This document shows positions 1-13,999 of a DNA stretch of 64,000 nucleotides, one piece after another. The position numbers and the translations under genes are program-made. Source of the DNA: Fimbriosthenelais zetlandica (Eukaryota); contig OZ365116.1 in the NCBI GenBank assembly GCA_977030845.1, positions 13,516,001 to 13,580,000 on the forward strand. The letters run 5' to 3'. Below the pieces are notes generated by a model that had not been told where the DNA came from, did no database searches, and saw only the letters and a list, made by a program, of their open reading frames with translations. How positions within the stretch are numbered: position 1 is the stretch's first letter; every line of letters begins with the position of its first letter.

Positions 1-1299
1 AAAGAGAAGTTTTTACGCATACTTTTCCTGATGTCTTTGTCTTTGCCTGAATGATTAGATGGTATAACTCACGAGTCCAAATGTATAGCTGTCACATTTT
101 TAGTCTGACAGCATCTAAACCTGACAGACACTAATGAGTTTGGGTACTTGGTTTGTAATAAAAATGGGTAACATGCTATCTTACAAAAACTGGGCCTGTC
201 GTCACCAGTGCTGATGGAGCTATCGGGGAGGGGCCTGGGACAGAAGTATTGTCATGCTCCATGTGCAAAAATTATAGCCTACAAGCTTTGCTACTTACTA
301 ATGCAATGTAGCTGACTTTTTGCCCTCGTTTGCGAAAGGAAATGCATTGCCATTAGCTGTTTGGCTGGCAGGCATCTGAATGATCTATTCAAAATATGAA
401 AGTAATATATAATGGCTTTGTTTTAAGAAAAAAGGTCATTTCATGTATATGCGTTTCCATTGAAATTCTTTTATCGCATTTCTGGTATTATTACACAAGG
501 CCATTGTTGCGTTTGTAGTAAGGCTACTAATGTTGTATATATATGCGAGTAAATGGACCTTGAGAAGATGGAACCATCCAACCATCCAGGTAATCTGCCC
601 TTCAGGCTATAGTAGTAAGGCTGCTTAGATCCATTACCAGCCAACACCTCCTCCTCTTACTCCACTTCATTGCAGACAATCTGGCAGAAAAAGGAATATA
701 TTGCCTGCTTTGCCAACATTCGGCGAAACTTTTATGTTTTTACCGCCATTTTCCCTGGATCGAATGCAATTGTTGGAGAATATGAAAATAGGTACTTTGC
801 CGAGATCAAAGAGCGCTGGGTGAAATTGACCAGGTATGGCTGAGATCACAGCTACCATAAACTGCCTCATGTTTTTCCTCAGTCTCAGAAGATGTTCCAA
901 TCTCCCAGGGTTATGTAATAAAATGTCAAATGCAGGCTCTGATCGACATGCCATGTTACAGGTATGAATAGTTCATATTGCGTGTCAACCACCGCGCTTG
1001 TAATTCTTAGATCTATTATGGGCAATAAAACACGAGAAACCTTGTGCTGCCTCGGTGTCAGACTTCAAAGCTAACAATATTTCCCTCCAAATGGATTACG
1101 CAATGCACATGCCCAGGAACTGTGTCTAGATCTCCGCACTTCCCAAAAGTTTCAAGAGACGGTTCTTATTTATGGTTGCCGACACGCAATTGGATCAGTC
1201 AAGTATTTGATTCTAGTTTTATTGGTTTTCATCTGGGCATCAATCAGGTGTTTCTTTAGGAGGCACGGCAGGGATAAATCATGGATTCATGGAGGAATT

Positions 1300-3520
1300 A
1301 ATGCTGGCTTAACACCTGTCCACGAGCTCAATGGCTGCTCCGGCAGGTGAGCGAGCTGCCAACTCTATATTGGAATGAGTCAGAGACAGAGTGATGATGA
1401 TCATAAAACAATGTGGATCATCATCAACAGTAGACCATATTTCTCTTCTCTCATCCCGGATTCCTCGCCTTTATCCTCTGGTCGATCATGAAGAGTGCTG
1501 GATCAAAATTTGCCAGTCTCAGGTGAGCAAGTTTGTTTATCAAGGAAAGCCTTTTAAAAGCTTCCCGCTGGCCACCTGTAAGCCCCCTTTGTTGTTGGAG
1601 CTGGGAACTTTTTTCAAACCTCTTCATCAAAGTCAAATTTTTCCCCATTCACTGAAAGTCGCCAACCTGGCTGGCTTGTTGCTATTTTGCACAAAATGGG
1701 GGAAAAAGCAATTCCATGTAGGATTTGGCCTGAATGGTGACAGACTTAAATTGAAAAAGAGAAAACCATAGAGAGAAGAAAAACAAGGTGAAAAGATTCA
1801 TTGTGCGGTGAAGTGCAGTAGTGATAATTAGCTAATCTAGCGGTGGATTTAACAGGAAATATGTCTAATAGACATTATCCTCTTATTGATTTGCGTTTTA
1901 CAAACCAAATGATAGATATTTATACACGTCTGAAAGTGTTTATTGTTTACTTTGTAACTTTATCTTTCCTAACACCATTTTCCATTTCATGACAAACTCC
2001 GATACCTGGCTCACCAGCAGAGCTCTGTGTTCTTCGCTTCATTTTTTTGCCTCCCCACCAGTCAAGCCCCATGTCACCACAACCCTACTCAAGCCTCATT
2101 GTAATTACATGTAACAATCCCCCATGGTCTCTCACACACAGCAACTAATTGGCAAAAAGACCAATGCAGCCCTGCCAACCATGGACCAATTGGATACCCA
2201 CCCGCCGAAAAAGACCCAACCAGCATGGAGAATCCCCTTAAAAACCTCCAAAAAGGCAAGAAAGGAGAATGCCACTTTGAAATTACTCCTGAAAAGGCCA
2301 TTTATTGATCCAAGTAATGACCCAGAATGTCTTGATTGAGGAGGGCAAAAAGAGAAGTTTACGTTTGACTAGAGTCAGTGTGTCTTGAACAGGTTGTCCT
2401 TTTGCATGTGTATTGGCTGTTTGTCCTTACACGGCTTCTCAACAACCCCAAAAATGATCCAGGTCTGGAGCGAGATGTTGCCTTTACGCAGGTGGGTCTT
2501 GTGTAGTTATAACGTCTGCTGTTGCAGATCAAAGCTGTTGACTGTCATTGGGCTGCAGCCTCGCAAATGACAAATGTCTTCCACCATGCAATCTGCCCTA
2601 CCCCTATTGATATCCCCCTGTCGTTCAAATACAGCATCCTTATAGTCGTGGTCCTAGCACGGACCCTTGAAGCACTCCATAACATGTTGCTGGCCCATTG
2701 GTTGTCGAACGCCTCTTGGAGATCTAAGAGGGTCATTCTGGGCTGAAGTTACGGACTTGTGTCAACACTTGGTAAGGTCTAATGTGAGGTAGGTGTGCTA
2801 AGTGATGGCTACTTGGTCTAAATGATGACATATCACTTTTTGATTGAGCACATCAGGTGGTATCACGGCGGGCTATTGTTCAGTAGGGTCATAACCATCA
2901 GAGAGAGTAAGGCCTTGGTCATTGAACCTAATGTCTGTACAAAGTGAGGAAGATGGTTAGAGCTATGGTAGGGGGTTTGAATTACACCCAGCATGCCATG
3001 GGTGATCAGTCCGAAGGGGGAAGAAGCCACTGAACTTCATGAGGCTTATGCATGTTGCATATCGTTAGGCAGGACATTGAGAAGTTCTCGCACTACCAAA
3101 GCCGTATATTCATCGTGTAGCCCTTTGATTAATAACGCCTTCTGTGTTAGTATAGGTGTCAGGAACAGGTGTTAAAATTGCCCTGTGTTTATATACCATT
3201 CATGAATAATGTACTGCTAATCACTGGTGGTGTTGAGGTTTCCTGAGTTGAGAAAAACTTTATGCTTGCATGAAATAGATGCCTTTCCCCCAAGATGTGT
3301 AACTAGTCTGTTCCATGCTTGGTGTAGTTGTCTTGCGATAACAATGCTTCAAAATACATTAATCTCATGGAATTTAACATTCATAAAGCACCCCTGGAAA
3401 GCGCTTCGCTTCAGATTACAAGAATGGGTCGAAAAAATGTCCAATCCCTGCAATGGAGTTGATGATACCATGCAGCTCCAAATGTAAATAAAAAACATTT
3501 GGAAGATCTCCTGTGAGCTG
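1300..3520 (-). mobile_element. Heavily decayed non-LTR retrotransposon (LINE, CR1/L2/RTE-like) ORF2 reverse-transcriptase fossil
   Basis: Minus-strand translation gives RT motifs in the expected order. LHQAWNRLVTHLGGK (~3300) resembles P..WK.A.V.PI.K. LLDLQEAFD (2736-2710) matches LDL.KAFD. YLNDRGISIGVG resembles YL.NR.Q.V.VG. ALFMIDQRIKAR (~1470) resembles LHWLP..QRIKFK. Many stops and frameshifts; ends approximate. Confidence 0.6.
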
Positions 3521-4399
3521 AAATAAATAGATTTGAAATTTGCATGACAACTCATGCTGCATCTGAATTAAAGCCATTCTCCCAGTGAATACAGTCACTT
3601 CTTCTTTTTAATCAACCTGACTTCCAGCGCATCCCGTGTGATGCGAAAACAGCACTTAAATCACAAAACGTGCACTAATTGATGTGGAAATTGATATGGT
3701 ACATTTTGACAGCCACTAATGGTGTCTGAGCCTGTTGGTGGATCAACTTTCTGGGCCCTTCCTGACTCCGGCCCCCATAACTACTTACGTAACATCATTA
3801 AGTGGAGAAAGCTGTTGCATGTTGGAGATCAGTCAAATGGAATAACTGTCACAGTGTCTCCCTCTCACAAGCAGCACAAAAGATCAGAAATGGTTCAGAT
3901 ATCATAATGATGAGGGATACCACTTTTTAACAGTGCCCTATTCCATCTATATTGATGGCAAGTTTAAAAGGCGTTTTAAATATTATGAAATCCTTCATAG
4001 AAATAATCTAAGCTGAAATATGGGATGATCCTGTCAATCATAAATATTTGATTGATAATATTTGATTGATGAATTGTTGGCACTGGTTTATAGTTCAGAC
4101 ATGATTATTCCGAATCAGCACAGATGTCCTCTATCTTCTACAATTTTTATTAGTGCTGCTAATTTATAGTTGTGCCCTCTCATTAAAGGAATAATCATCA
4201 GAACCTGTATTATCCACGTATCTTTATCGCATTTCACTTCAATAAATCAACCTTTTGCTTTGACATTTAGATCCTAATCTCAGTGAGGAGTGGGAAGTAT
4301 TTAATACAGTTTGAGTTGAACCTTCTGTTCATCCTTTTCTGTGTTTGTGTGTATGTGTGTTTGTGTGTTGTACGCATGCGTGGCCGCCTCTGTGGTGGC

Positions 4400-5200
4400 A
4401 CCATAATATGATGATGTATGACCCTATACTTGGCTTCTGCACCTCCGTCACGAAACTTACCTTTTGTGTTTTTATTAATTGCAGGTAAGTGCCTTGTCTG
4501 CTGCCTTTGTTTGCTGATATGATGGAGAAGGAAGGTGAGGTGGGAAATGATCCAAACTCCTGTCATGTCAAAATTGAAGGAGAATTCATACCTTAACTGA
4601 TTAGGCTGGATTTTGGGAGGTAGCCATGTTAAAAGAAAGGCATTCTCATGAAATAATTATAAAGAGGGAACTTGTAATTCAAATTCTTGTTCACAGCTTG
4701 CAGTTTGCTCTACTTGAACTGATTCCCACACAGAAAATGCCTCTTGAGAGTTTCTGCGATTCAAGAGTCTGAAGAATGCTCTCCTGCTAGAGAGGAAAAT
4801 TTGCCAAAAAGTTCTCACTATTCTTTGTACCCCATTCCTCTCATTCAACCATAAGTGCTCAGGTCATCCATCTTCATTGACAGCTCATGGTTATCATAGA
4901 TGACAACTTACAGTTGTTGTAATGATGAACTCCAACCACTGCCTCAATGAGAGGAACAAAAAAGATGCCATGCTGCCTGCTGGGCGTTTAGCTGCCCCCT
5001 GCTTCCCTGATTCATAAGAGTGGTGTCTGCCATGATAGGGCGTCACCAGAAACAACCGCCTATACCCAAAACGAGGCAAATTGGAGCCTCGTTTGGAGAC
5101 ACACTGCCGAGTGACCGCCGGCTGCCAGAAAAAAGCTCAGTGAGATGTTATTGTTAATGTTGCATGTGAAGGTGTTCTCAGATTGTGACAAGCGGCGCTA
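4400..5200 (-). mobile_element. Possible Gypsy integrase C-terminal fossil
   Basis: NERNGVQRIVRTF...LLNRRNS (4848-4750) resembles the NG..ER..RT...LL.YR.TP region of Gypsy integrases. Weak and broken. Confidence 0.3.
4456..4490 (+). other. Candidate recursive splice site (3' acceptor abutting a 5' donor)
   Basis: cttac-cttttgtgtttttattaattgcAG|GTAAGT: branch-like CTTAC, U-rich tract, CAG, then a perfect donor at 4485. Confidence 0.4.
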
Positions 5201-6499
5201 GTCAGTGTCATAATAGCGGGATATTGAGCTCATATGAATACAAAATGGAGTTGGAATAACTTGTTGTTTCAAGCGGCACACGGTGTATTGTGGTTAGATA
5301 GAAAGCAGCCTACATGCCAAATCTTTACCATAATTGGTTGACGTTAGATAATAGGGCAATTTTGTGGTCTCTAGATTCAAGACTTTACACTTGCACGCAA
5401 TGCTTACTTAAGACAATGGGGCAAAGGTTAATTTGTAAAGTGTGCTTAATGCCTTGGAAAATTACAGGTTTTTGGGGCTAGATAATGCAGGTAACATTTT
5501 GCGGTTCCGCGACTAAGGTTGCACGAACTAATCAAGCGAGAACACACATTTGAGGAGACGTTTATGTTGAATGGTGTCCCCCACTTAATGGTTTTCAAAA
5601 TACTGTACATTAGATTAGGTTCTATTGCTACCAAATCTTACTCAAGAACCATATGATTAAGAATTATACTGTTGTATCAAACATTGGATACAGTTTGAAC
5701 ATGAAATCATTGTTGACTCACGGCTTAGTTTCTAAACATCATGACTACTTGGCTGAGCCAAAATGTTGCTTATAAGGAATATTAGGCCTATTGAAGCCCT
5801 TGATATTGCAGTGCTAACTATAGTATCTGCCTGACTCCTTGCTTAATTTAACAGCAAATATTTTCAGTGTTTTTTGGCCTGGGGACAGGTGGTTATGAGT
5901 ACTTTTTGGCCTGCTGTGATGGACACCTGACTGTCCATGATTGATCCTTCATGGTGGGAGATGGACAGAGGTCACTCCTATGGTCACTTCACGCCTTCAT
6001 AGACCCCCAGGCTGGCCTGAAGATAATGACCACAGGTCCAGATTGAGGCGTACACACACCCTGCACACTCAACAAACACGACATTGCCATATCAAAGCAA
6101 TCCACCGCTAATCAACCAATCTGTTTTATCTCATCAACTCATCTAAAACGTTGATCTTACCAAAGTGCTCAACCTCAAGGAATTTTGTCCCCGCAGTTTC
6201 AGTTCCGCACTTTGGGGAGATATTTTTTGGACTCAAACCTGTTGTATTAAAGAAGATTTATTGTTAAAACATATGGAATGACTGAGAGCTTGTGGGGGGC
6301 AGTGGTAGAGAGGAGGCTGCGATTAGCGCCCCGTGTAAATGATGAGGAAGCTAATTGTGCCCCCTGGGTATCGTTGTCCGAACCAGATGGCCCGACCCTC
6401 CTGCCGCTGCTTTGACTCGGCGGACATCAAGAATCAAGGTAAAAAAGCTAATCAAAGCTGGAGGACATGGGAGATCAAGGTAAAAACACTAATGAAAGA

Positions 6500-6830
6500 T
6501 GTCATGCTCTACTGACTTATTCCCAAATCCACTGTGATAATGTGGAATCTGTTTATACCAAGCGCGATGCTGCTCCTCGAACCTTTCATCTTTCACAGTT
6601 TTGGATGTTGGTTGATCCCCGAATCCTGTCCCAATATAGACAGTTCCCCAACGAAAGTCTCCTGAGCTATATTAGGGCGGTACTTCGTCTATTCCAAATA
6701 TCTTAAGAACGTCCGAAAGTGTTGCAAGTGAATCATCTCGGGCCCCCTGAAGAGTATTCCCCTCAACAATTGATAATTTCGTGCGCCATCAGTGTCATAC
6801 ATTTGGATGTCAATAGCAATCAAATTGTAG
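6500..6830 (-). mobile_element. Possible retroviral-type integrase core (rve) fossil
   Basis: Minus frame LKIFGIDEV...PTSKTVKD...EQHR...PHYHSGFG loosely follows the FG.PE..SD.G.QF.S..F.....GI.H....PYHP..NG pattern. It contains an internal stop. Confidence 0.25.
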
Positions 6831-7663
6831 CAGTTTCTGTTTAGTATCTTCACTCTTGCTCATGGTAAAGTCAAATAGATTAACCTCAACACTGACAACT
6901 TTCAACCGAAGTCAAACAAGCCCATAAAGAGCAGACTAATATTAATCATTACGCGGTCGTTCCTCTTGGAAACAGGTGTTTGTAACATCCCTTCTTTATC
7001 CCCATTGTTGAATTGTGTTCACTATCTATAGTACAAAGCCCATCTAGCAATTTCAAAGTTGTGTGGATTGAAAAACATCCCTTTGTTACACTATCAAGTT
7101 ACAAAACCAGAGTTTGTAGAAAAAGTCTTCGGCGGCAGCCCCTGTTTGAAGAAGAGTCAAGAGAAAAAGTGAGTAGAATGCCGGTCTTCCTGTTCTTCAC
7201 ACTACTGATAATGATCACCCAATGACACTTTTTTGTCTTCAGGACAAGATCCTTTTTTTCAAAACTCCCGACTCAAAAATTCAATTAACAAGGCGATACG
7301 TTGGAGGAGTCCCCCTGTGTGATAACAGACCCATGGAGGCCCCCTAGAGATAGGCATCCCATGACGGAAGCGACTCATCCCTGTCCCCCTCTCTTTTCCT
7401 CTCCTCTCCCTGCATCCCCTTCATTAGCAGATATTTCCAGGGGCTAAAAAATAGAGAGACAGCTAAATCCCTCCCCCTCATGGTGGATTGTCACACCAAA
7501 GCCGCTTTCATTTACTTTGTAATATGCTGCTTTTGGCAACAGAGGGGGATTCTGTTCAGTGCCAGACTCGCCGATACCACCTCCACATCTCAAGGGAACT
7601 CCAGCTTCTTTTAGCTAATGAGTATTCATGTTTTTTTCTGAGGTGCTGAATTGAACATCGAGG

Positions 7664-7682
7664 TGGCCAATTGGTGGCGCCA
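7664..7682 (+). promoter_or_regulatory. Weak CTCF-like motif
   Basis: tggccaattggtggcgcca, 2 mismatches to core CCASYAGRKGGCRS. Confidence 0.2.
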
Positions 7683-8929
7683 CTGTGGGCTTTGCATCAA
7701 AGTGCCTTTTGTTATGAGTGACTGTATCTATTTATCCCCTAACCACCCCTTTGTACAGTTTTTTACTCTCCTCTAGTCCTTTTGCCTGACCGCTTCCCAC
7801 CAGGGAATGCGTTCAGAATTTTAAAGATCCATTGTTGTGGAGCAAAGTCCCCTGAAACCGCTGCGAAACAACTTCCGCCACAGATGACAAAAGATATCAC
7901 TGTCACATACAGTGAAAAAACCACCAGAGATAAGAGCAAATTACAGCATATTATCTCTCATTAAAGATGCCTGCTGAAAGGAATAGGCGCAAAAAAAACT
8001 TTAGCAACACCGGTGGGCTTGCACAGGGACACGTGTCGGTAATAGGGACAGAAGTGATTATGTAATGGGTAAATGTGCTTTTCAGATTTACCCCTTATCC
8101 CCCTAGGGCTACTTTTAACAACTGTGGGTAGTTTTTTTTCCTCACTCGTTTTTACCCTCTCCCACCATTGATCAAAGTATAAACAGCTTGGTGATTAGGG
8201 TCCAAAGCAGGGAATTAGTGGCAGAGTATTTTTTTTTCGCCAAGGCCAGGCGGTGGGTCCTTGTGGGCCATAGTACACCAAGGATGTAATGTAATCGACA
8301 AGTGATTATTTCACCTAATTATCACGCTTATGTCACACTCTTTAGAAAAGGGGAATTCATGCACCTGATGATCAGGTTTTTTTTTTTACCAGAATGATGA
8401 GTGATACATGTTTCAGGGTAATATAGGGGTTCAATTGTTCCTTCCTTTTGACATGCATTAACATGTTTGAAAGGCGAATTGACATGACGTCCAGGTTTTT
8501 GTTAAAATGATATAGGATTACCTATACTATGTAAACCGATCTCATGACATGCATTGCAGCATTGTTTTTGCTGATTATGATGGATATAGATTGATATTTT
8601 TTATATTATTCATTTTGCTTTCATTCAAGCAAATATCATTAGTTTCTGGGAGAAAATAGCATTAAGGTATTAGATGCTGAAAATCTCAAAAAATGAGATT
8701 ATCAAAGGCAGTTGATGGTGTCAAATGATTCCCTTGACCCTCAACATGTATGGGATGCTGGTGAAGTGAAGCCATATTCCCCGTGGACCACCCTCCTGAA
8801 GATTCTCCCTTCACAAGGTGATGGGCCGCCCAGTCCTTACATTCAGCCTGAGTGACACATGCCCATTTGTGCCTTCCTCTTGGCGGCTTTTCTGAGCTCC
8901 CGCATGATGAGTTTTGATGATAATCCAAT

Positions 8930-10850
8930 TTTTGTCTGTCGTCTGCTTAGCGTGCGATGGATTATGTGCAGAGTAGGAGGGTTTTGGGGGTAGGGTTGGG
9001 CTGCTTAGACCCCCGATGCTCCTTGCTCATTTTCCCCCAATGCACCAGGCTGCAGTAGCAGTGCGTGTCGCAGCCTATTAACAGTAGGGTGCTCCCACAA
9101 TGGAACAATGACTTCGGAAAGGGGCTTGGGCAAAGGGGGTGCAGAGAAGGGGTGGGGGTAGGTATGGTACCTTCCTGGAACATAATGGCTCGTATGCGAA
9201 TGACAGCTCTTCATCCTGCAAAAAGAAGAAAGCCTGGTGAGGGAGGGGTGCCAGGGCTGGAAGGCAGCGGTAGGTGTATGGACCGATGTTATAGAAATGA
9301 TGGCAAAATTTTCTGGGTAAGTAGGGGTAGCTCTTGCTGCCAGATTGTTAGAGGCCTCAGGCTAATGGGCCCCCTTATGCACAAGGAATTTTTAATTTTC
9401 AAAGGGCCTTGCTTCCGTAATTGAGACCAGGGCTGAGGAGGATGCGGGCATGGGTGACCTCTTGCGGGGAGATCATGAGCTATTTGATATAATAACCAAT
9501 GCCTTTTCACGTGCAGCAGGCTCAATAGCTTACGCAATTCTTCATGATTCCCTAAATTGATTTGAAACGCCCCACAAATGTGTGGACCGACACCCCAGCC
9601 TAACAAGTAAGGTTAAACACTAAAGGCGGCTATTATTCACTCTAGACTGAGCGATATTGTCCCCAATCATGTGCAGACCTTAATTGGAGGTTTTGTTTAT
9701 GTTCACTTTTCTTTAGGCTTTTGTCTGTAATCTTTATTGAAAGTTTAGTGAATTTGTCAAGTTGATTTATGTAAGTGTCTGTCGCTGTAATGGGAGTAGC
9801 GGGTTTAGCACCACTCAGGGAGCCATACTTCAGCTATTAGCGCCTGCTATATAATCCTAGGAAATCCAGGATTAACAAAAAACTTTCAAAATTGCTCAGC
9901 CAGGCCATGGCTTAAATATTCACATTTGCCCACTGCGCCATATTTCAAGAGGGCATTTTTACGTAGTAATTGTTTGGTGAGGCAATATTTCATCTCCTTC
10001 AGGAATGGCTGCATTGACATTGAGATTGTCCAATGGCTCCCAGACCAGCACGCCATTTCCATGGAGCCCCGGAAAGGGGGTGAGGAGGATCACCCCTCCC
10101 AAGTTGCCAAAAGTTGGCAAAAAAGGGAAATGAGGGATTAGGATAATGGATATTTGTGACAGATGCTCCATGATTTAGGCATGGGGCTAATTGCGGCGTG
10201 ATTCCTATCGCCACTGGCCGCCCAGCCCAGTCATTAGCTCCGTTTTATCGGGTAATCATTGACAAACGGCAGGTAACATTTTGCCTGGACCTTTTTCCTG
10301 GCCACCCGGAGTCCCTTTTTGGTCGTAAATCAACAAGACCCGCGCCACTTCTCCTCCTCCTGACACGTCTGACAAAACACACCCTCATTCAAAACCAGCG
10401 CAAAATAAAGAAAAGCACTATCAACGAAAAGAGGAGCATCTTTTGAAAATTGAAAAAGATGGCTGAACTCTTGAGTCAGTTTTGTGAGTTGCAGATGACT
10501 TTCTGTTTGATTGCTCGTAAAATAAACAGCGGTGAACAATGATTAGACATTAAGGAAGGAAAGACATCCCTCACTCATCTTCCTATCAATAATGGGATTT
10601 TCGAGGAATCCCTTGTGGGCATTTCAAGCCTTACAATTGACTATGACCAGCAAATGAATGCCTCCCTCTCCAGACTGAATGTCTGTGTTCATCTCCCTTG
10701 GTGTTGACCGCTTCACTAAACATGCGATCCACCGTGTATGACATCAGCACTTTGTGTGGATCATTTGCTGGCCTAAATCTGCCTGTAGCCAGATCAAATA
10801 ACAGAATAGTGAGATGCACCAGCTCTCATCAGCACGAGAACTGTCTTGCT
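8930..10850 (-). mobile_element. Decayed Gypsy LTR-retrotransposon RT/RNase H fossil
   Basis: Minus-strand motifs in order: AGASHYSVI*SGYRQI (~10810-10770; cf. GA.YFS.LDL.SGY.QI), EELRKLL (~9540; cf. KELRSFLG), LKIKNSL..GPISL (cf. F..LK..L...P.L), QDEELSFAY...SR (~9220; cf. E.PIAY.SR), and ...LSR near 8940 (cf. ADALSR). Confidence 0.45.
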
Positions 10851-11112
10851 GAGCTGTGATAGTTCTTTATTTGCCTTCTGGGACTGTCAGCTACCTTGTG
10901 GCTTCGTGATTAAGGTTTGCACACTGCATGGTTGAACATAATCAAGACAGCACCTGTCTGAAGGTAGAAGTGCACCTCTGATGACTGATGAATCAAGATT
11001 GTACTCAATAATCTCGGTAGCACTCGATACATTTGTGCAAAACACTCAATCCATAAATTTGTCCAAATATTCAATGGTCTTCCCACATTCCTTTTCATGT
11101 CTCTGATTACAA

Positions 11113-11196
11113 TGTTGCACTTTTCTGTTTCTCAACTTATGGCAAAGATTTAGTGTTATTATACTGTTGCACTTTTCTTTTTCTCAACTTATGGCA
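11113..11196. repeat. Two-copy 32-bp direct repeat with 20-bp spacer
   Basis: tgttgcacttttct(g/t)tttctcaacttatggca at 11113-11144 and 11165-11196, 1 mismatch. Confidence 0.9.
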
Positions 11197-13999
11197 TCAT
11201 CTAGTAAAAAGCTTGTAGACCTGTGGAACCACCACCCCCTTGACGAATCTGATGAATCTTTTTAGCTACGTTCAGTCGTGGGAGGTACTGTTCATGGTGG
11301 GTTTTTCAGACCCAGAGTAGTGTTCCCTTACATGATTAGTAATGAGTTGTTCTGACTTCTGCCCTGCTGACAAAATTACCGAGTGTGACCCAACTAATTA
11401 TCTAACATTACAGGCACTGTTCTATCCCGTCCATGCTAATTACCAAATGTTACACTCATTCTGATAACCAGACTCCTGGGTGGTAACCTGACACTCTGTT
11501 TAACCACCTAACCTCTTAATACTCACATCTCTAATTAAAGGGCCGTGGCATATTAAACACTTAGATTACACGATTAAGCGCAATATTTAACAGATTGAGC
11601 CGTTTCATGTTTGCTAATTCATATTGATAAATCACAGTTGTCATAATAATGTATCAATTTAGTATTTCACAGATGGCGTGAAATTGGTACAGGCACCGTC
11701 TGGGCTCTGTGGCTGCTGCACTAGGGGAGATGTCGGGGACTTTGAGATGATTTTGTAGGATTACAGACAAAAGGAGTGGTTTTTTGAGAGGGTTTCATGG
11801 TATCTTTAGTTTCAAGCTCCATCCTTTGTTGAGGTTCACCTCACTATAATTATCTCCATGCCCAGCAGTCTACTGGGGAGTCGAAGGAGCATTGAACGGT
11901 GTGACTGAACTCTCACCCTCTCAAGTTGTGACACGTTCTGGGGTGAAGGCAACTCATACTCCACAAAAGCTTATCCTCAAGCACTATGGGTCTTTATGAT
12001 GAAACCAGATTCAAAAGAGGGTTGATAGAATAACCCAAACCCCGAGACTGTATTACCCCCCTCTCCTGCAAGGTTAAAACCCGAGGTGAGAATGAAAGTT
12101 GTTGGGTGACCATGGTAATGTGTTTGTGTAATGGGTAAAGTGGGGAGCGATAATAGGGGGATGTTCACGAGGGTTTATACCGGAAGGTGCCGCTAGCCAC
12201 ACTTGACACCACAGACGAAAGGCGATGAAAGGTTTATTGACCTGTTAAGATGACGAGGTTTAAAAAGTCACATGCTCCGGGGTGGGTCTGGCTTTTTTAT
12301 TGTCCTTCATGGCACGTTACATGACACGCATGTTATTGCATGGACTTTTGCCTGGACAATAGGTGACATGCTGAATGCGGTGGTGGCAAGCTGGAGTTTT
12401 TATGTGCTGAAATGGGGAGATAAAAAGATCGATTGACTAAGTACCATGACCAGTATAATGAGTGTAATCACTCCTTGTGATTTCACTCATTATCATTGTC
12501 CCAAAACCATCATAAAAACTTGAATAACAAGATTTATTAGGAGTTAATGGCCTGGAACAGTTTCCCTTTACCACCACTGACTTATTATAGGCCCAACTCT
12601 TGCATACATTGCTCACATTTTATTCTTTTACAATAGAGATGTTCACTCAACCCGAACAGTATTTGTCCTCAAAAATGTATTATTAATTATCAGCATTTTA
12701 AGGACAGTTCATTGAGCTCATGGCAAATGAAGTCGTGATTTGATAGAGTGAGAATACTTGACACTATAAGAAAAATGATCCAGGTGTCACAATGTCCAAG
12801 ATAAGATCAGGAAACAAGCACGAGCCAAACATGTCACTCGAATCCCACCCTTCTTACACTACTTGACACCAGTTTCCTTTCCCTTTCCCTCTCCTGGATC
12901 TAATGTCTTTTTTGAGGGCCCTAAGCGAGCACCTCCCTGTAAGAGGGTAAGATAAGGGTGTAGCCTATACCCCAGGGGGGGCACAAAAGCCACTGGAAGG
13001 GGGCAGGGGGAAGACACTTGATTAGACTAGCCCGCACCTGCTGGGATCTCACCGGAGGGGGGCTGTGTCAATAAGGTAAGGGCCGGGGGGAGGCGTGACG
13101 CTTGGTGGAAGGGTGAACGCCTCGTTGTCAGCAGAGGGTGGACTTACAATAGGGATTTATTAGATAGGAATCGGAGCCGGTCACGCGGAATATTGAGGGA
13201 GTGTGGCGACGTTACGATAGCTTGACGATTTGACTGACAGGTATGGGGGTAATACCCCATAACTTTTTGAGTGCCACAATTTCTGCATTTTAAAAAGTTG
13301 AAAAATAAAATCAATTGCAGACCAAATTCCACTATCAAGGTCTTTACAGCTCAATCCTCTATTTCTATATCAATGTCCTTGGGCTGGTTATGTATAAGAT
13401 ATTTTTATTAGGGATAGGCAAGGAGATGTTATTTTTGTAACACTTGGGTTTGGGAGTATTATTTATTTAAAAGCTGTTAAGTGTTATGCAATGAGAAAGT
13501 GGGGGAAATTTGGCAGAGAATGTTACTGCCCCCGGGGGATCATGGGGGTGTGTTGTTTTATTTTGACATTTCAGTCCCCCCATTATTCCAGGAGGTCATG
13601 CTGCCAAGGCAACTCAAATAAAAAGCCCGTGACAAGCACAAAGCTTACTGACTGAATGCAAAACGATGTAGAGAAGCTGGAAAAACGCAACCCAAAGGTC
13701 ATAAAAAACTTATTGTTAATGATGTTTTTATGTCCCTTCGGAGTTCGCCACATAAAAAGTAATGACCCTCGATGGGGCCTGCCTTAATCTGTAGGTATTC
13801 CTTAATGGTTGTTAATGAAATGATTGGTTCACCATACATTAGTGTTCAAAGCAAAGAGATGAATGAACATCATGATTCCGCTTGTCAGATGTTTCTAACT
13901 TCAATACTGTTTATGTTTGTGATGTTGCTAGGGACATAAACAAAAATCTAACTGAGACAATCTAATTATGCTACTCTTTAGTTGGGAAACTTGTCAGCA

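Noticed and set aside
680-850. Protein-like frame QKKEYIACFANIRRNFYVFTAIFPGSNAIVGEYENRYFAEIKERW
   Set aside because: No start codon, splice sites or recognisable family; left unassigned.
1030-1170. Plus-strand LINE 3' end (SALPKSFKRR)
   Set aside because: Resemblance too weak to separate from chance.
11113-11196. CRISPR-like repeat-spacer-repeat
   Set aside because: Only two copies; a simple local duplication.
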